64,000 nt of DNA from Epiperipatus broadwayi (Eukaryota; Animalia; Onychophora): positions 2,790,001 through 2,854,000 of the forward strand of contig JAQFVV010000009.1 of the NCBI GenBank assembly GCA_028023455.1, written 5' to 3'. The first letter of the stretch is position 1; each line of letters begins with the position of its first letter. Of the stretch, positions 37,361 through 50,300 are shown piece by piece. A model generated the notes under the pieces. That model worked only from the letters and a program-made list of their open reading frames with translations. It did not search any database and had not been told where the DNA came from. Made by a program: the position numbers and the translations under genes.

Positions 37361-39253
37361 CTGTCCAGATATCAATTCATCTTGCAAATGCATTTATTTG
37401 ATATTTCCGATTTCATAAGACATATATATAACCTATACACATCAATAACTCTAGGTATATCATTGTACATTTAATCGTGATACACTGTTTTGGTATTCTT
37501 ACTTCTCAACTTGTATATATAACGTTTTAATTCCATATTTATATTCCTTTTCTCAGAGTTTTCAAATAATAAATAAAATTTAAAAAAAAAAAAGATTTTC
37601 TTAATCTTTCAACTTATTTAAGTATGTGGTTCGTTATGTATAACCATTAACTTTTATTGACATACTAATTCATATTTAAATGTTTGAATTTATTCATAAT
37701 ATAGTATAAATTTACTAAATACATTCATTTTGTATAAACACATTCATTTTGTATATTTTCTAATTTTATCTGGGTTATAAACACGTTATTATAATTTAGT
37801 TAGTTATAGTTATATGTAATAGCTCAGCATTTCTAATTCTTCTAGGCATACTTAGTTATAAGTATTCGTTTTATTTTATTTTAATTCAGATATATCTGCA
37901 TATAAGAAGTTAAATCATTTATGATTTACCTTATTAAAAATGCCTTTTGATTATAGATATTTAAGACATTTACGTATTTATAATTTATCACTAATAAAAC
38001 GTATTTTCACATAGCTATAATTATTCATAATTTAATTTAAGAAAGATTTTTTTTTTTTATAAATACATATAAGTATTGAATATTTCATGAAATTGTTACC
38101 TTCATTTTATCCAGTTTGTTCTTTCACTTCAGATTACTACTGCATTTCAAAAGGAGGTTAGTTTATTTGAGTTGAATGGCATTATTTACTTTCTATGATA
38201 TTCACTCAGGTGAGTCTTGGAGGTTCATGGCTGTGGAAGGAAGCTATTACGATTAGCCTTTCATTCTTATGATTTCCTTATTAATACTTTCTTTTTTCAT
38301 CATTAGCAGTGTGACTGTAAATATTATATTCCAAGGTGACTAAAATCAGTTTCAACTAAACAGTTAAGCAACACTTAGATAAAACTGTTTAACTTTTTTT
38401 TAACTCTTTCACTTTTCTTACTTTTTGACTGCTCTTAAAATCTTTTTAAAAAAAAAATCTCCTCTGAACTTCAAACTCAACTATTTATATTCTGATCTCT
38501 GGATTTATTCAGCAACACTCCCACTATATCTGATTTGTTACACAGCTTTCATTTAAGCCCGAGTGCTTTTCTCTTCTTAAGGATTGGACACTACTTTTAG
38601 CAGGATAGATAAGGAATCATGAGGATTAAGCCATATTTTTCAATTTGATAACTTTGCTTCAAGCAAATATTATATTTTGTACAACAACATCGTTTCAAAA
38701 ATTAAAATATAATATTTTAATAATGCCAGCTTTTATTTATATCATAATTTAAAATTATAAAATCAATAATGAAGGTTTATCTTTTTTTTTTTTTCAATTA
38801 TAGAAAATAATGATTTTCTTGTAAATGTATAAACTTATTGCTTTATTTTTTAAAAAAAAATATAAAATCAACTTCTTTCATATACATCTGCCTTTTTTTT
38901 AGGGGGAGGATAAAATAGCTCTTAGAATACATACACACGTGAAACAGAGTTTCTGTTTCATTAGATAACTATAGTTGTAGCAAATAGATTTTATTTGGAA
39001 TTTCGAATAACATTAAATGTTCATTTGAATATATTGCAGTTGTAAAAATAAACTATTATAATTTAAAAGAATGAAAAAGAAGTGAGTTGTTGATAAATTG
39101 AAGAAGTCTTTAAGGGAATATTTGAGTATGCTGATTATTATAAATATATTTAAAAAAATCTCATCCAATAAAATAAATTTTAATAGACAGTGGATAATCT
39201 TCAAAATAATATATGATATAGATTGCAGGTTATGAATGGAGTATATATATAAA

Positions 39254-40163
39254 ATCAATAAAACAAGTCATATATAACATGACATTGCTTTTAAAGCTTG
39301 TATTTACAAGTAATATAGGGAGCATACAAATAGCTCAAACAAGCTTTTGTTTAGTAGGTGCAGTAAGAGAAAATATTCAAAATCTCTATCTAGAATATCC
39401 TCAGACCAATTGGTTTCGAGCTTATGGCTCACCTCAGTGAGGAGCTAGAACATTCAGACTCTAGATCCAAAATATCAATTCAAAACCCATCACATGTATT
39501 TACAAATATGTAATATAGGGAGTGTACCAATAGCTCAAACAAGCTCTTATTTAATAAGTGCTAGGTTTTGAGTTGATATTTTGGATCTAGTGTCTGAATG
39601 TTCTAGCTCCTCACTCAGGTGAGCCATAAGCTCAAAACTAATTGGTCTGGGGATAAGAATATTCTAGATAGAGATTTTGAAATATTTTCTCTTACCGCAC
39701 TTATTAAACAAGAGCTTGTTTGGGCTATTTGTATGCCCCCTATATTACATATTTGTAAATACAAGCTTTTAAAAACAATGTCACATTATATATGACTTGC
39801 TTTATTGATTATTATGATTTTACCTTTAAGGTTTTAGCGATGTTAAGGCTATTAATATATGGTAGATCTGAATTTGGTTCAGTCTCATATAGCTATGTGA
39901 GTTAGATAGCTGGATTTCAAACATTTTTATGTCTGAAAATTTCAGATTTTCTTCTCAATAGTTAGGTATTAAATAAGTGCTGGGTTTTGAGTTTATATTT
40001 TGGATCTAGGTTCTGAATGTTTTAGCTCCTCACTGAGGTGAGCCATAAGCTCGAAACCAATTGGTCTGGGAATATTCTAGATAGAGATTTTTAATATTTT
40101 CTCTTACCGCACTTATTAAATAAGAGCTTGTTTGGGCTATTGGTATGCTCCCTATATTACATA
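39254..40163. mobile_element. Non-coding hammerhead-bearing fold-back repeat cluster (probable Penelope pLTR derivative)
   Basis: Inverted arms 39254-39489 and 39562-39809, partial copy 39495-39561, third copy 39967-40163; hammerhead-like motifs at 39398-39443 (-), 39608-39653 (+) and 40027-40072 (+). Confidence 0.85.
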
Positions 40164-43100
40164 TATATATACACATATAGCATGAATTAGGAAAAAGATG
40201 AATTTGTAAAACTAGATAAAAGACTGCAAGGTTAAGTCCTCTGGAAATTCTTTCTAAAGAAACTGAAAAAGGTATTTCACAGTAGATTATTCTACTTCTG
40301 GGTGATGAGAATCTTATGTCTTTCTTGTTTAGCTGGGTTAGCTGCTTGAAAGAAAAATCATAATTCTGGTTGTAATCTGTTCTAGATTTGAACTACAAAT
40401 TGTGGATCAGGCAAGTAGATATGTTAACTACTATACTATAATGTAGAAGTAAACATAAATACTGCAAAAAAATATGAAAATATGGCATAGAATACTCAAT
40501 GAATCGAATTGAAGAACTGATTAAGTTGGAACAAAATACTGTTTGAAAAATGAATACAGAAAGATAGAGAAAATATTAATAAAAGTAAGCTTGATTCACA
40601 TTTAATAAAAAATAATAATTTGATAAGAAAAAAAGGTTAGCATAAAACCAATAAAACATCACAAACAATGACAAATTATAAGAAAATTGATTTACTGAAA
40701 AGATAAGGAATGTGTGTGTGCATGTGTATCATGGAAATAACAAATCTTTATATTAAACAAAAAAGAAAGTAAATAGATGGATAGTTTATGACATAATGGA
40801 AGTAAATTGTAAACATTATAACCGATATAAAGAATGACAGAATACATAGCTTATTACTTTGCATTGACTTATATGAAACTTGTAATTTATGATAATGATT
40901 AATAAACTTTTGTTTTGTATTTTTCAATAATATTAATTTTTTTTTTTTTTTAGAGAGGAGATTTAGTTAAAAAAAAAGAGTAATTTTAGAACATCTCGTA
41001 AGTAATTAAAGCATTACTGAGCAAATCTTGTGTTTTCATTTATAGTTGTAATTGTTAGAACTATTGATAAGAGATGGAAAGAGATGGGCATTAAAATAGT
41101 TAAATGGTTTATTGCATGATAGTTCATAAGAAATTTGAGCATGGAAGTGACAGCTGGAGTTGCAGTCTATGGGCCTTCTGCTTCAGAATTTGATACTATA
41201 GCTGCACTAAACTACACAGAGTGAATGAAGAAAGCTTTTAATATGTTTCATTAATGTTGAAAAGATATTTTGTTGACAATTTTGAAAAGGAATGATATGG
41301 ATTGGATTAGGAATTTGGGTACTCATGAGTTTTCCAGTAAACCAAGATGGCAGCCCATATTTTTGTTAAATCTGCAGTGGGGGGGGGGGGAGAGACACAA
41401 AATGTTTACAAAAAATTGCCTGCTAGGTAATATTGTATTTAATATTTACATTATATATTTTTTTTTATTATTATTTTAAAAAAAGAAATTGTGGAAAAAT
41501 TAATAACAATATTTACAGTTTTTTTTTTTTTGGATTAACTTATTAACAGAAAAATGAAAAAATATATAAATATAATATTTACATTTTATTCACATCGGCA
41601 ACATGCAAGTAGGGGGGCCCATAACTTTGGAAATAGTTCACTGCATTACATTCTGTGACAAGAAGGTCTCACATTTTTATCATTATGACAATTTATCAAA
41701 AAAAAACTGCTGCCAAAATAAACTAGCTGAATTGAACCAAAGTATATGTTAAGAGCTTCTCTTCGCTTTCCACATTATAAGGGGGGGGAGGAATTGAAAT
41801 AAAGTTTCTTAATGAAATTGAGCAGAATTTTTTTTTTTTTAAATTTAGCAATCGATTTATTAATTTTATTTTAATTTAACAACTAACATATCTTCGGTAG
41901 ATTGTAGGCCTTCGAAACTATATTTATCAAAAATATGACCCACCATCTTGGTTTACAGGAAAACTCACAAGTACCGGAATTTGTATATAAGTCAGGAAAC
42001 GTTTGTAAGATTAAATAGTTTCTTTCAGAAAATGAAGTCATAGATAGTTAAAAGTTTAAGGTAGTGATAATTTGCTAAATAAATTTTGTTTTGATAAGTA
42101 TGTGTTGGGTATTCAACTACGATGCTGAATGCCAACAATTAACAAAACTTATTAACTAAAGAAAAACATCGTTAAATAAAGATTAAAAGATATTTAAATT
42201 ATATATATAACACATTATATACACATTGTTGACTAAATCAGCTTCAATCTGGTTCCAGATTTGCAGCCTATATCCCACTGTATTAACTATTCTTCTGGCC
42301 CCTTTGTGTTTGGTCTACAGTGATTTATAGAAAACATTGACCAAACAGACTAACAAATAAGTCTGTACACTTATATCTCGGCCCTCCAACGCAACATTTA
42401 CGAATGTAATGAATTTAGTTTTTGATTTTAAGTTCTATTTCGATAAATGCTAATATTCCCCAAAATACTAAACTAACACCTCCACTGTACTAGTGGCAAA
42501 CCTTATATAATTAAAAGCTTTATACTCACAATATTTTGCTGCACAATCCTAATGGAGCCTTATCAGGCTTATACAAATAAAAATAAGACCAGTGCGGTCT
42601 GTTTAAGTTCCCTATCCAGGTGCTGTTTGCACCTACAGAGACTCGGACTCTGGGAAGGCATCCCTCATGACAGAAAAGTCAGTACACTTTTCCCATAGCT
42701 TTTCTCTGGTTCCTTTTCTCATGACATTCCATGATGCAACAACAACAGCTCCATTCATTACACGAGTAAGGACAATCTGAAAAGACTTTTGCTATTTTCA
42801 GTACTCACTATTTATACTTTTTTCGCAGCTTAATATCTATTATTATTAATTATTACAATAGGGTAACAGCAATATCCATTAGACTAATGCATCTTTTCAG
42901 CGATTATTATCAGGCATTTAATTGCATACGTGCACATTCCTTTCCTCTGCAATTAGTTCTTCAAATATTTATTCCTTTGTTTGATTAGTTTTAATGGTTT
43001 AATGTTCTAATCTAAACAATAACAGTTTTTTCTATATTTAAATCCATTAAGCCTTTCCGACATTATTATTCACATTTCATTTTATAGTTCAGCATTCTTT

Positions 43101-44002
43101 TTTTATTTGGTTTTAAACTTACAATATCTATCTATATTTAAGTTTCCTTTATCTTTCAGCAATCTTTTTTCATTGCTTTTAAACTTACAATATGTTTATA
43201 TATTTAATTTTATTCTCTTTTCTATTTTATCTGGAATTACAAACCTAGTTTTATAACTTATACAATTATTAAAGCAGTATATATTTTTTACAAAATATGA
43301 CAGTATGGAATTAGCATTGAGAGAAGAGAAGGTCCATTCATCAGATTTTTTTGTGATATTGTAATATTTGGAATTAGCAGGGATATGCTTAACAAAATAT
43401 AATTTTGATGAAATTTATCATTACTTTCAATTAAAAATAAAATGCAAATGAAAGTACAGAAGATAGTTGCAGGGGATAAATGATTAAGGCATGTAGTTGA
43501 TTAGTAAGTTATAAAGTGTTTTATAGTTTTTAAATATTATTTTGAAAACTAATTATGATAATAGAAGTTCCATAGTGATAAATTAGAATGAAAATTACAG
43601 TCACTAAATGAGCATTAATGCTTAGAAGTTATTCTGGGATTTATTAAGTGGAATAACTTAAAAATTGTGAGTTGAATTGATAAGATTAATACTGAAGTAT
43701 TAAAAAGAATATTGAAAGATTATTTATTGAGAAAATTGAAAAAGGAATTGACTTAGAGGTATTACGAATGATGTGATGAAAGTGCCTATAAAGGATGAAA
43801 AAAAAAAGAGAAAAAAGAAACAAGTTAATAAATGATATTCAAGAAAGGAAGGGTTTAGTATTTGTAAAGGAGAGCTTGGTGTGGGTTTAAGATTGATGTG
43901 TTAAATCTGTTTTTTGTCAGTTATCTGATGATGATTTTTTCTTTAAATTGCTTATTTTTTAAACATATCATTTATCTGAGGTGTTTTTTTTTTTTTTTTT
44001 AG

Positions 44003-44232
44003 GAGCTAAAGAATTGATTGACTATTTTTGTAATCACAATATCCCTGTTGCTATTGCCACAGGTTCTAGTGAAAAATATTTTAAGTTGAAAACTTCAGAA
44101 TATCCGGACTTTGTAAGCAAATTTCATCATATTGTTTATGGCTGTGATCCTGAAGTACAAAATGGCAAACCTGCTCCAGATATTTTTTTGGTTTGTGCAT
44201 CAAGATTTGATACACCCCCAAAGCCTGATCAG
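44003..44232 (+). CDS. PUDP: PUDP-like coding exon 3
   Basis: poly-T-AG acceptor; (G)AKELIDYF..IPVAIATGSS (motif II)..GKPAPDIFL (motif III)..PKPDQ; GTACTT donor. Confidence 0.95.
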
Positions 44233-44314
44233 GTACTTTTAAAAATCATTTGCTTGCATTCTTAAGCATATTGTGAAATGCATGCTGATTTTTTTTTGTT
44301 GTTTTATTTTACAG

Positions 44315-44497
44315 GTTTTAGTGTTTGAAGATGCTCCAAATGGTGTAACAGCTGCTCTGCAAGCTGGAATGCATGTGGTCATGGTTCCTGATCCTCAACT
44401 TAATAATAAATTTATACAGAATGCAACTGTGATTTTAAGTTCACTTAAAGATTTTAAGCCAGATCAGTTTGGACTGCCAAATTTTATAAAATCATGA
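44315..44497 (+). CDS. PUDP: PUDP-like coding exon 4 (terminal)
   Basis: 82-nt intron, ttttacAG acceptor; VLVFEDAPNGV (motif IV)...FKPDQFGLPNFIKS*. Total CDS 49+219+230+183=681 nt, 226 aa. Confidence 0.95.
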   Translation, partial: VLVFEDAPNGVTAALQAGMHVVMVPDPQLNNKFIQNATVILSSLKDFKPDQFGLPNFIKS

Positions 44498-44534
44498 GTT
44501 AATTATAAGAAGAAGAAAAAAGGACTAATTGTGT

Positions 44535-44540
44535 AATAAA
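44535..44540 (+). terminator. Candidate polyadenylation signal
   Basis: AATAAA 38 nt after the stop, followed by GU-rich tgtgttt. Confidence 0.55.
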
Positions 44541-45179
44541 TGTGTTTCAAATGTTACTATTTAAAAGCAGACTAAATTATAAGATATATATATATATATG
44601 AATATTTTTAGAATTTAATTATTTATAAATTATATGAAAATAAAATACTATTTTTTTAAATTTAGGTATAGCATACTCATCATTTATTTTGGTGCTTTTG
44701 TTTTGAATAGTTTGGCTGATATAAAAAAAAAAATTAGAATTTCAATTAAATATTTGCATTCGTATGTAAAAGAAAAAATATTAAAATTTTAATTTAATTA
44801 GCTATATATATTTGCTTGCACTGTTACATAGATCTGATACCAATTCTATAAATATATATTTTAATAATCTGTTTTATCCTAACTGTAGACCCTTCTATCC
44901 TTGGGCTAGAAAGGTTGCTATCAACAAAATATTATGTGACTTTCTCAATTTACCATTAATATATGCTTCCAAAAGCAATTATCTTTACTCCAAATCCATT
45001 TATTGTAAATTTGAATATTCAATGAACACCAGATTTTAGTTTTATAAAATCACCTTTTATTTTGTATTATGTTATATATAGGGTATATGAGCACAGACTT
45101 TCACATGATCCACCACTGTCCACACTATCTCTTAACACTAATACACTTGAACACATATATGTTGAAAAGATAAATAATC

Positions 45180-45223
45180 ACCAATATACATATTTCATGC
45201 TAAACCAGGAATCATCAGTTGGT
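45180..45223 (-). ncRNA. Decayed type-I hammerhead motif related to 22970-23011
   Basis: ACCAA CUGAUGA uuccugguuuagcau GAAA UAUGUA UA UUGGU. Core and helix I intact, helix II mutated. Confidence 0.55.
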
Positions 45224-46439
45224 CCAGATTACCATCTCTACCCATATATGCTATAAGTGCTCAGATATATATTAAGATAGCCAAAACTCATACTTTAATG
45301 GACAGGCTTCAATCTACTCCAACTCTTCAACCGTCCATCCATCTGATGATGGAGTGAAGCAAGTAGTCTGAAAATTTCAAAGCATCTAAACGTTCTGAAC
45401 TAGCATTTAAATCAGTAACATTTGTGTAAATATATTGTATATAATCAAACTGGCCATTTATAGCCTATTGATTTATCATGATTATAGAATAATATAAAAA
45501 AAGTCATCATTATCTAATGCAGAGGATAAGATGTTTGGGATATATGCCTTTGCACAATAATTTCTGATTTTGTCTAAAGTGGAAATTAGATGAATATTTA
45601 TGTAAATTAATTAGTAAATGGCATCAGCATTATATATATAGAAGTTAAATCCACAGTCTAAGTCTTTTGATATGCTACAACCAATCAGATACGGCTTTGC
45701 AGGCTGAATAAAAACAATAGCAAACCTGTCCAAACTACCATTAATCAAAAGAAGTCCCCCACCTTCCTATTGTTTCATTCAGCCTTCAGAGCCACATCTG
45801 TTATACATCAATATACGACAGTGGGTTTACTTCTATATATATAATAAGTGATCCCATTTACCAATTAATTTATATTAATCATTAAAAAGTATTAAAATTG
45901 AAATATATATATTAAATAGAATATAAAAATTAATTTTCCTAAGAGCAAAATTTTCATAGGAAAAGAAACTTAAGATCTTAATTAAATAAATACAGTATTT
46001 TTTCCCACTCATAGTAAAGCTAGTGAGTACAAGCCTAGCAAATCCAAGTTGCTGTAGCCAGATACAAACTTGTTTATTTATTGATTATGCTTCATCTTAT
46101 ATTGAAATCTATATTGAGTTTTATCTTTTCTTTTATCAAATTTTTCTTATGAATATATCGTAGGTTCTATTTTGCTCAGCATTCTTTTTATTTATGCTTA
46201 ATGTTTTATTGCCTATCATGAATCTCAATTCCAGCTTTGTCACTTTCAGTTCTTAAACTTCTTTTGAATTTATAATAAGAAACCATTTTTTTTAATGTTT
46301 TATTATTAACATCTCATTGGGCAGCTGCAGTTATAAGATCATGACAGTTGGTCACAGTTGTGTTAACAATTTCAAATTTCATAGGAGAAATCAATTATAA
46401 ACTACTTCTCTTATACTATGTTGAAAGTCATTAATAGAA

Positions 46440-48200
46440 GGTTAAACAGGGACGCTTAATGCTGAAAAGTTAGTTATGAAGATGAGTATTCAACATTTTT
46501 CTGATGAAAACCCAAGGATATTTCCTCAGTATTGTGAATTTGTATAATGTAGCTAAATGAAAGTCATTTGGACAATACTTAGTTGCCAATGTCTTCATGC
46601 GAGAAAGGAAAGTTTGAAGTTGTAAGAAGATCACCATAGAAATTTGAATGCATAGATTATCATCTTGATGGAAATGAATCGTTTCTATATTATCATTTTA
46701 AGAATTAGCAAAGTAAGGTGAATTGGACTGAAAGATTTTTGATCGAAAGGATATATTTTCAGGTCAAAAACAACTAAGAAAAAAACAGATTGTCATTGCA
46801 TATAATCCTGCGAATTTCATAGGCACTCATTTTGAATTACTATAATACGATTCTTTGCTCTAATAATTTCAAACAAATCAAGAAGTTTTATGATCAGATG
46901 TAGAAAAAATTTGATAAAACATTCTAGATATATTTTTAATGACTGGTAACTGGGATATTAAAGAAATGGAAAGACTGTTATTGATCTGTATGGATGCAAA
47001 AGAACAATTAATAAACTTTTTTGAATTCAATGATCTTTAGATTGCCAATATATTTTCTAAGTAATCAAGGTATTGACCATATACTTAGATATCAATAGCT
47101 GGAGTTTATAAAAATCAAATTGATTTCATATTGATATATAACAATGGAAGACTGCTTTACCATGAGCAGATTCCAGAACAAATCATGAGTTGTGTCTAAA
47201 CTTTGAGGGAAGTTAAAAAAAGACTACGTTTGTACAATGTCTTAAATATAATTCAGAAAACATACTCACTGATTTTTAGTCTAACATCAAAAATCAATTT
47301 GAGATTTCCGATGTAATTGATGATGAACCAGAATTGTGAATGAAAATAAAGAATAAAACCTGAGACAAACTGGTTAAAATGAAAAAATAAGAAAGACAAA
47401 TTGAATGTCAGAATCTGATAGCTAGTTGTAAAAAAAAAAAAAGAAAAATCTTTTAAGACAACAAATAGGCAATTACAAAGAGCAATCTGTTATAACTACA
47501 TATAAAACATCAAAATTAAAAAAGAACAAAAACATATAAAAATAAGCGATCTTTTATGGTATTTGTAAAATCAAATGGAAATTTCTAACATGAGGTTTGT
47601 TGAAAAATGCTAAAAGATAGATTATAATCAAAGTAGCAAAGGTCAAACTCAATGTCAAGATTATAATACAAAAACTTGAACCAGGACATTTTGATACCTT
47701 ACAGGGAATAACCAATAATGAACAATGAAGTCAGATTACTTTTGAAATTGTTGCCAAAGGTAATTGCTGATTTATATCCAATTAATCTAGAAACTCAATG
47801 GCCTACAAATTGAAAAAAAACTTATTTTCTTATCATATCACATGAAAGTAAGATTATTTAGAAAATTATACAGCAAAGTTTTACATTAAAAAAGAACTGC
47901 TGCATGCACAAAATGGTTGAGGAATTTGGGACATAATTGCTGATATTTATTAAATAATTGAAAAGATCAGAAAACCCATAAAAGTCTACAATGTTTTATT
48001 GATTATAGCCAAGATCTTTGATTTCATTCAAGAATGTTCTTAGAAAAATAATTTTGTGAGAACTTTCATTATTCTTATAAAAAAGCTATATATGGAATTA
48101 AAATTATATCATGATCCAGACTGATTTCATATTGATAAAACAGTTAGATAAATTTGCATATCATTTCAGATGGTCAATTTTCAAGCTTTAAATTATTTTT
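46440..48200 (+). mobile_element. Very old non-LTR retrotransposon remnant
   Basis: A-rich coding-like debris with VLLIIAKIFD near 47995 (cf. LDIAKAFD). Clade not assignable. Confidence 0.33.
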
Positions 48201-48299
48201 AATATTTTCTTCATTATAAAATATTGATCAATTTTAACTAAAATTGATAATAAACAAAATAAAATTTTATTTACATTATCAAAGTAATTTTCATTCCTT

Positions 48300-50300
48300 A
48301 TAGGAATGTTATCAAGATATCGCCTAATTATCACACGACAAATTATTCTATAATGTCATTATTAAAATATATTAAAAATAAAATAGAAATATATATGAAA
48401 TTACTTGTATTTTACCATGTACTAACAAAATTTATATAAATATTTTATACTTAAAATTTTCAATCATTTAATAATGATCATTTTTCACTCGATTGCTTTA
48501 CATCATTAATCATGTTTATATATTTAATAATATTTTTTTGAATATGTGAAGTTCATAACATCTTTCTTTATAATCCTTAAAATATTTTATCACTTGTATA
48601 TTCTTTTAACAATTCATTTTGTCAATTGATTTTGTATCTTTTAATCACATTATCATGTTCTTTAGCTCTCAATTTTTCTTGATTGATCTAGATAAATCAT
48701 ATTATAATAGTTGCAATTAATTTTATAAATTATGCCTACTTTATTTTTAGCATTTCATATCTATTTCACTAGAGATTGATTATATTTCTATACTACTCCA
48801 ATATCAAACTTTTCTTTATTTGATATCTTACATTAATGTATTGGGGTATTGAAATCTATTTAATAATTTTATGTTTTATACTGATTCTTTTATTATTTGT
48901 ATCTTTGTTATTTAATTTTATATATACATTCTTTTATAGTTATTTCTACATAATCATTCTCAATTTTTAACTTTTGTATATATGCTTCTTCTGCATTAAA
49001 TGTTAGTCTAACATTTTTCATTTCAAAATCTTTCAAAACTGCTATTTTCTGAGACCATATGGTATGAATTTGGTTCAATTATCCTTTTTTCTTTATCTTT
49101 AATATATTATTTTATAAATATTTCTCCATTTAACTTCTTTTTTAAATTTTTTTTAAATATTCTAATACCCTTTCTTCCTTTTCATCATAAATCTAATATT
49201 GTATTTATTATTATTCACTTCTTTCAATACACTAACAACACTTCTATTATCCACCATTACAAATATATCATCAACATATGTACTTCTTTTTTATATATTT
49301 ATCAATTACATATTTTTCTATACAGTCAATCACAACAATTGAAGACATAATCCCATTACTAGAACAACACCTTATCCATCCTTGCATTATATTCCAGAAA
49401 TCCTGTTTATATTTAAAATATAACGCATCACAAGTAATAATGTTTCTTCAAGAATATTTATTCATTTCTACTTAATTTTATCATACTTATTTATGATCTC
49501 TTCAGAATTCTTAATACAATATTTACAAAAACCTATAGGAATTTATATATTACATAATTCCTTAAGAATATAATTATTAAAGTCTAAAATTAGTATTGAC
49601 ATATTATTTTTGTGTTTTTACCTTTCAAAACACATAGGTATGATCATATGCTATAGTATATAAAAATCTATATTTTTTAAAATCAATTAATTCATTTTCA
49701 TATAATTCAATAAAATTTTATATTTTGTCTTTATCATGCCTTCTGGGATTTGTGATATGATTACTTTTCTATATCTTCCCTTGTTTTACTATCATATTCC
49801 ACTTTATCCAAAACAACAAACTTTGATATTTTTATCTTCACTTGTTATTATTAAATTTTCATTTTTCCATAATTTGTTTTATAATAGATTTATCTTTCCA
49901 GTTCCTTTTATTGAATTTGTTTTTTTTGTAACATAACATTAATTTTTGATTATAAATCTGCCTTTTAAATTATGTGTAATATCTGCAGATTTCACACTAA
50001 CAAATGTTCTTTTATAAATGTATTCATAAATGGTATATATTTAGAGCCCTTTTTAGAATCTGTACTTGTTCATTTGTAAAAGTAATTTATTGTTGTTATA
50101 TTTACAAAGTTATTTTTTCTTTCTTTTATTTTAAAATGCTTATTTTTTTTCTTTCTTCAATTCTGTTTCTCTATAATTCAATCACTTCTATTTGTTGTCA
50201 TATTTTATATGCAGCTTATTTTTTAATATACTATACTATCATAAATTAATAAAAATGTCCATTATATTCAAATAATTCTTTAGATACTATGTTTTAAAAA
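48300..50300 (-). mobile_element. Very old LINE (L2/CR1-group-like) remnant
   Basis: Minus strand A-rich; near 49000-49100 reads IKKKG..IAVLKDFE..VRL, resembling RT domains 1-2. Confidence 0.33.

Noticed and set aside
43981-44497. ORF-track proteins starting MFFFF and MKCML as separate genes
   Set aside because: Their N-termini are intronic; they are exons 3 and 4 of the PUDP-like gene.
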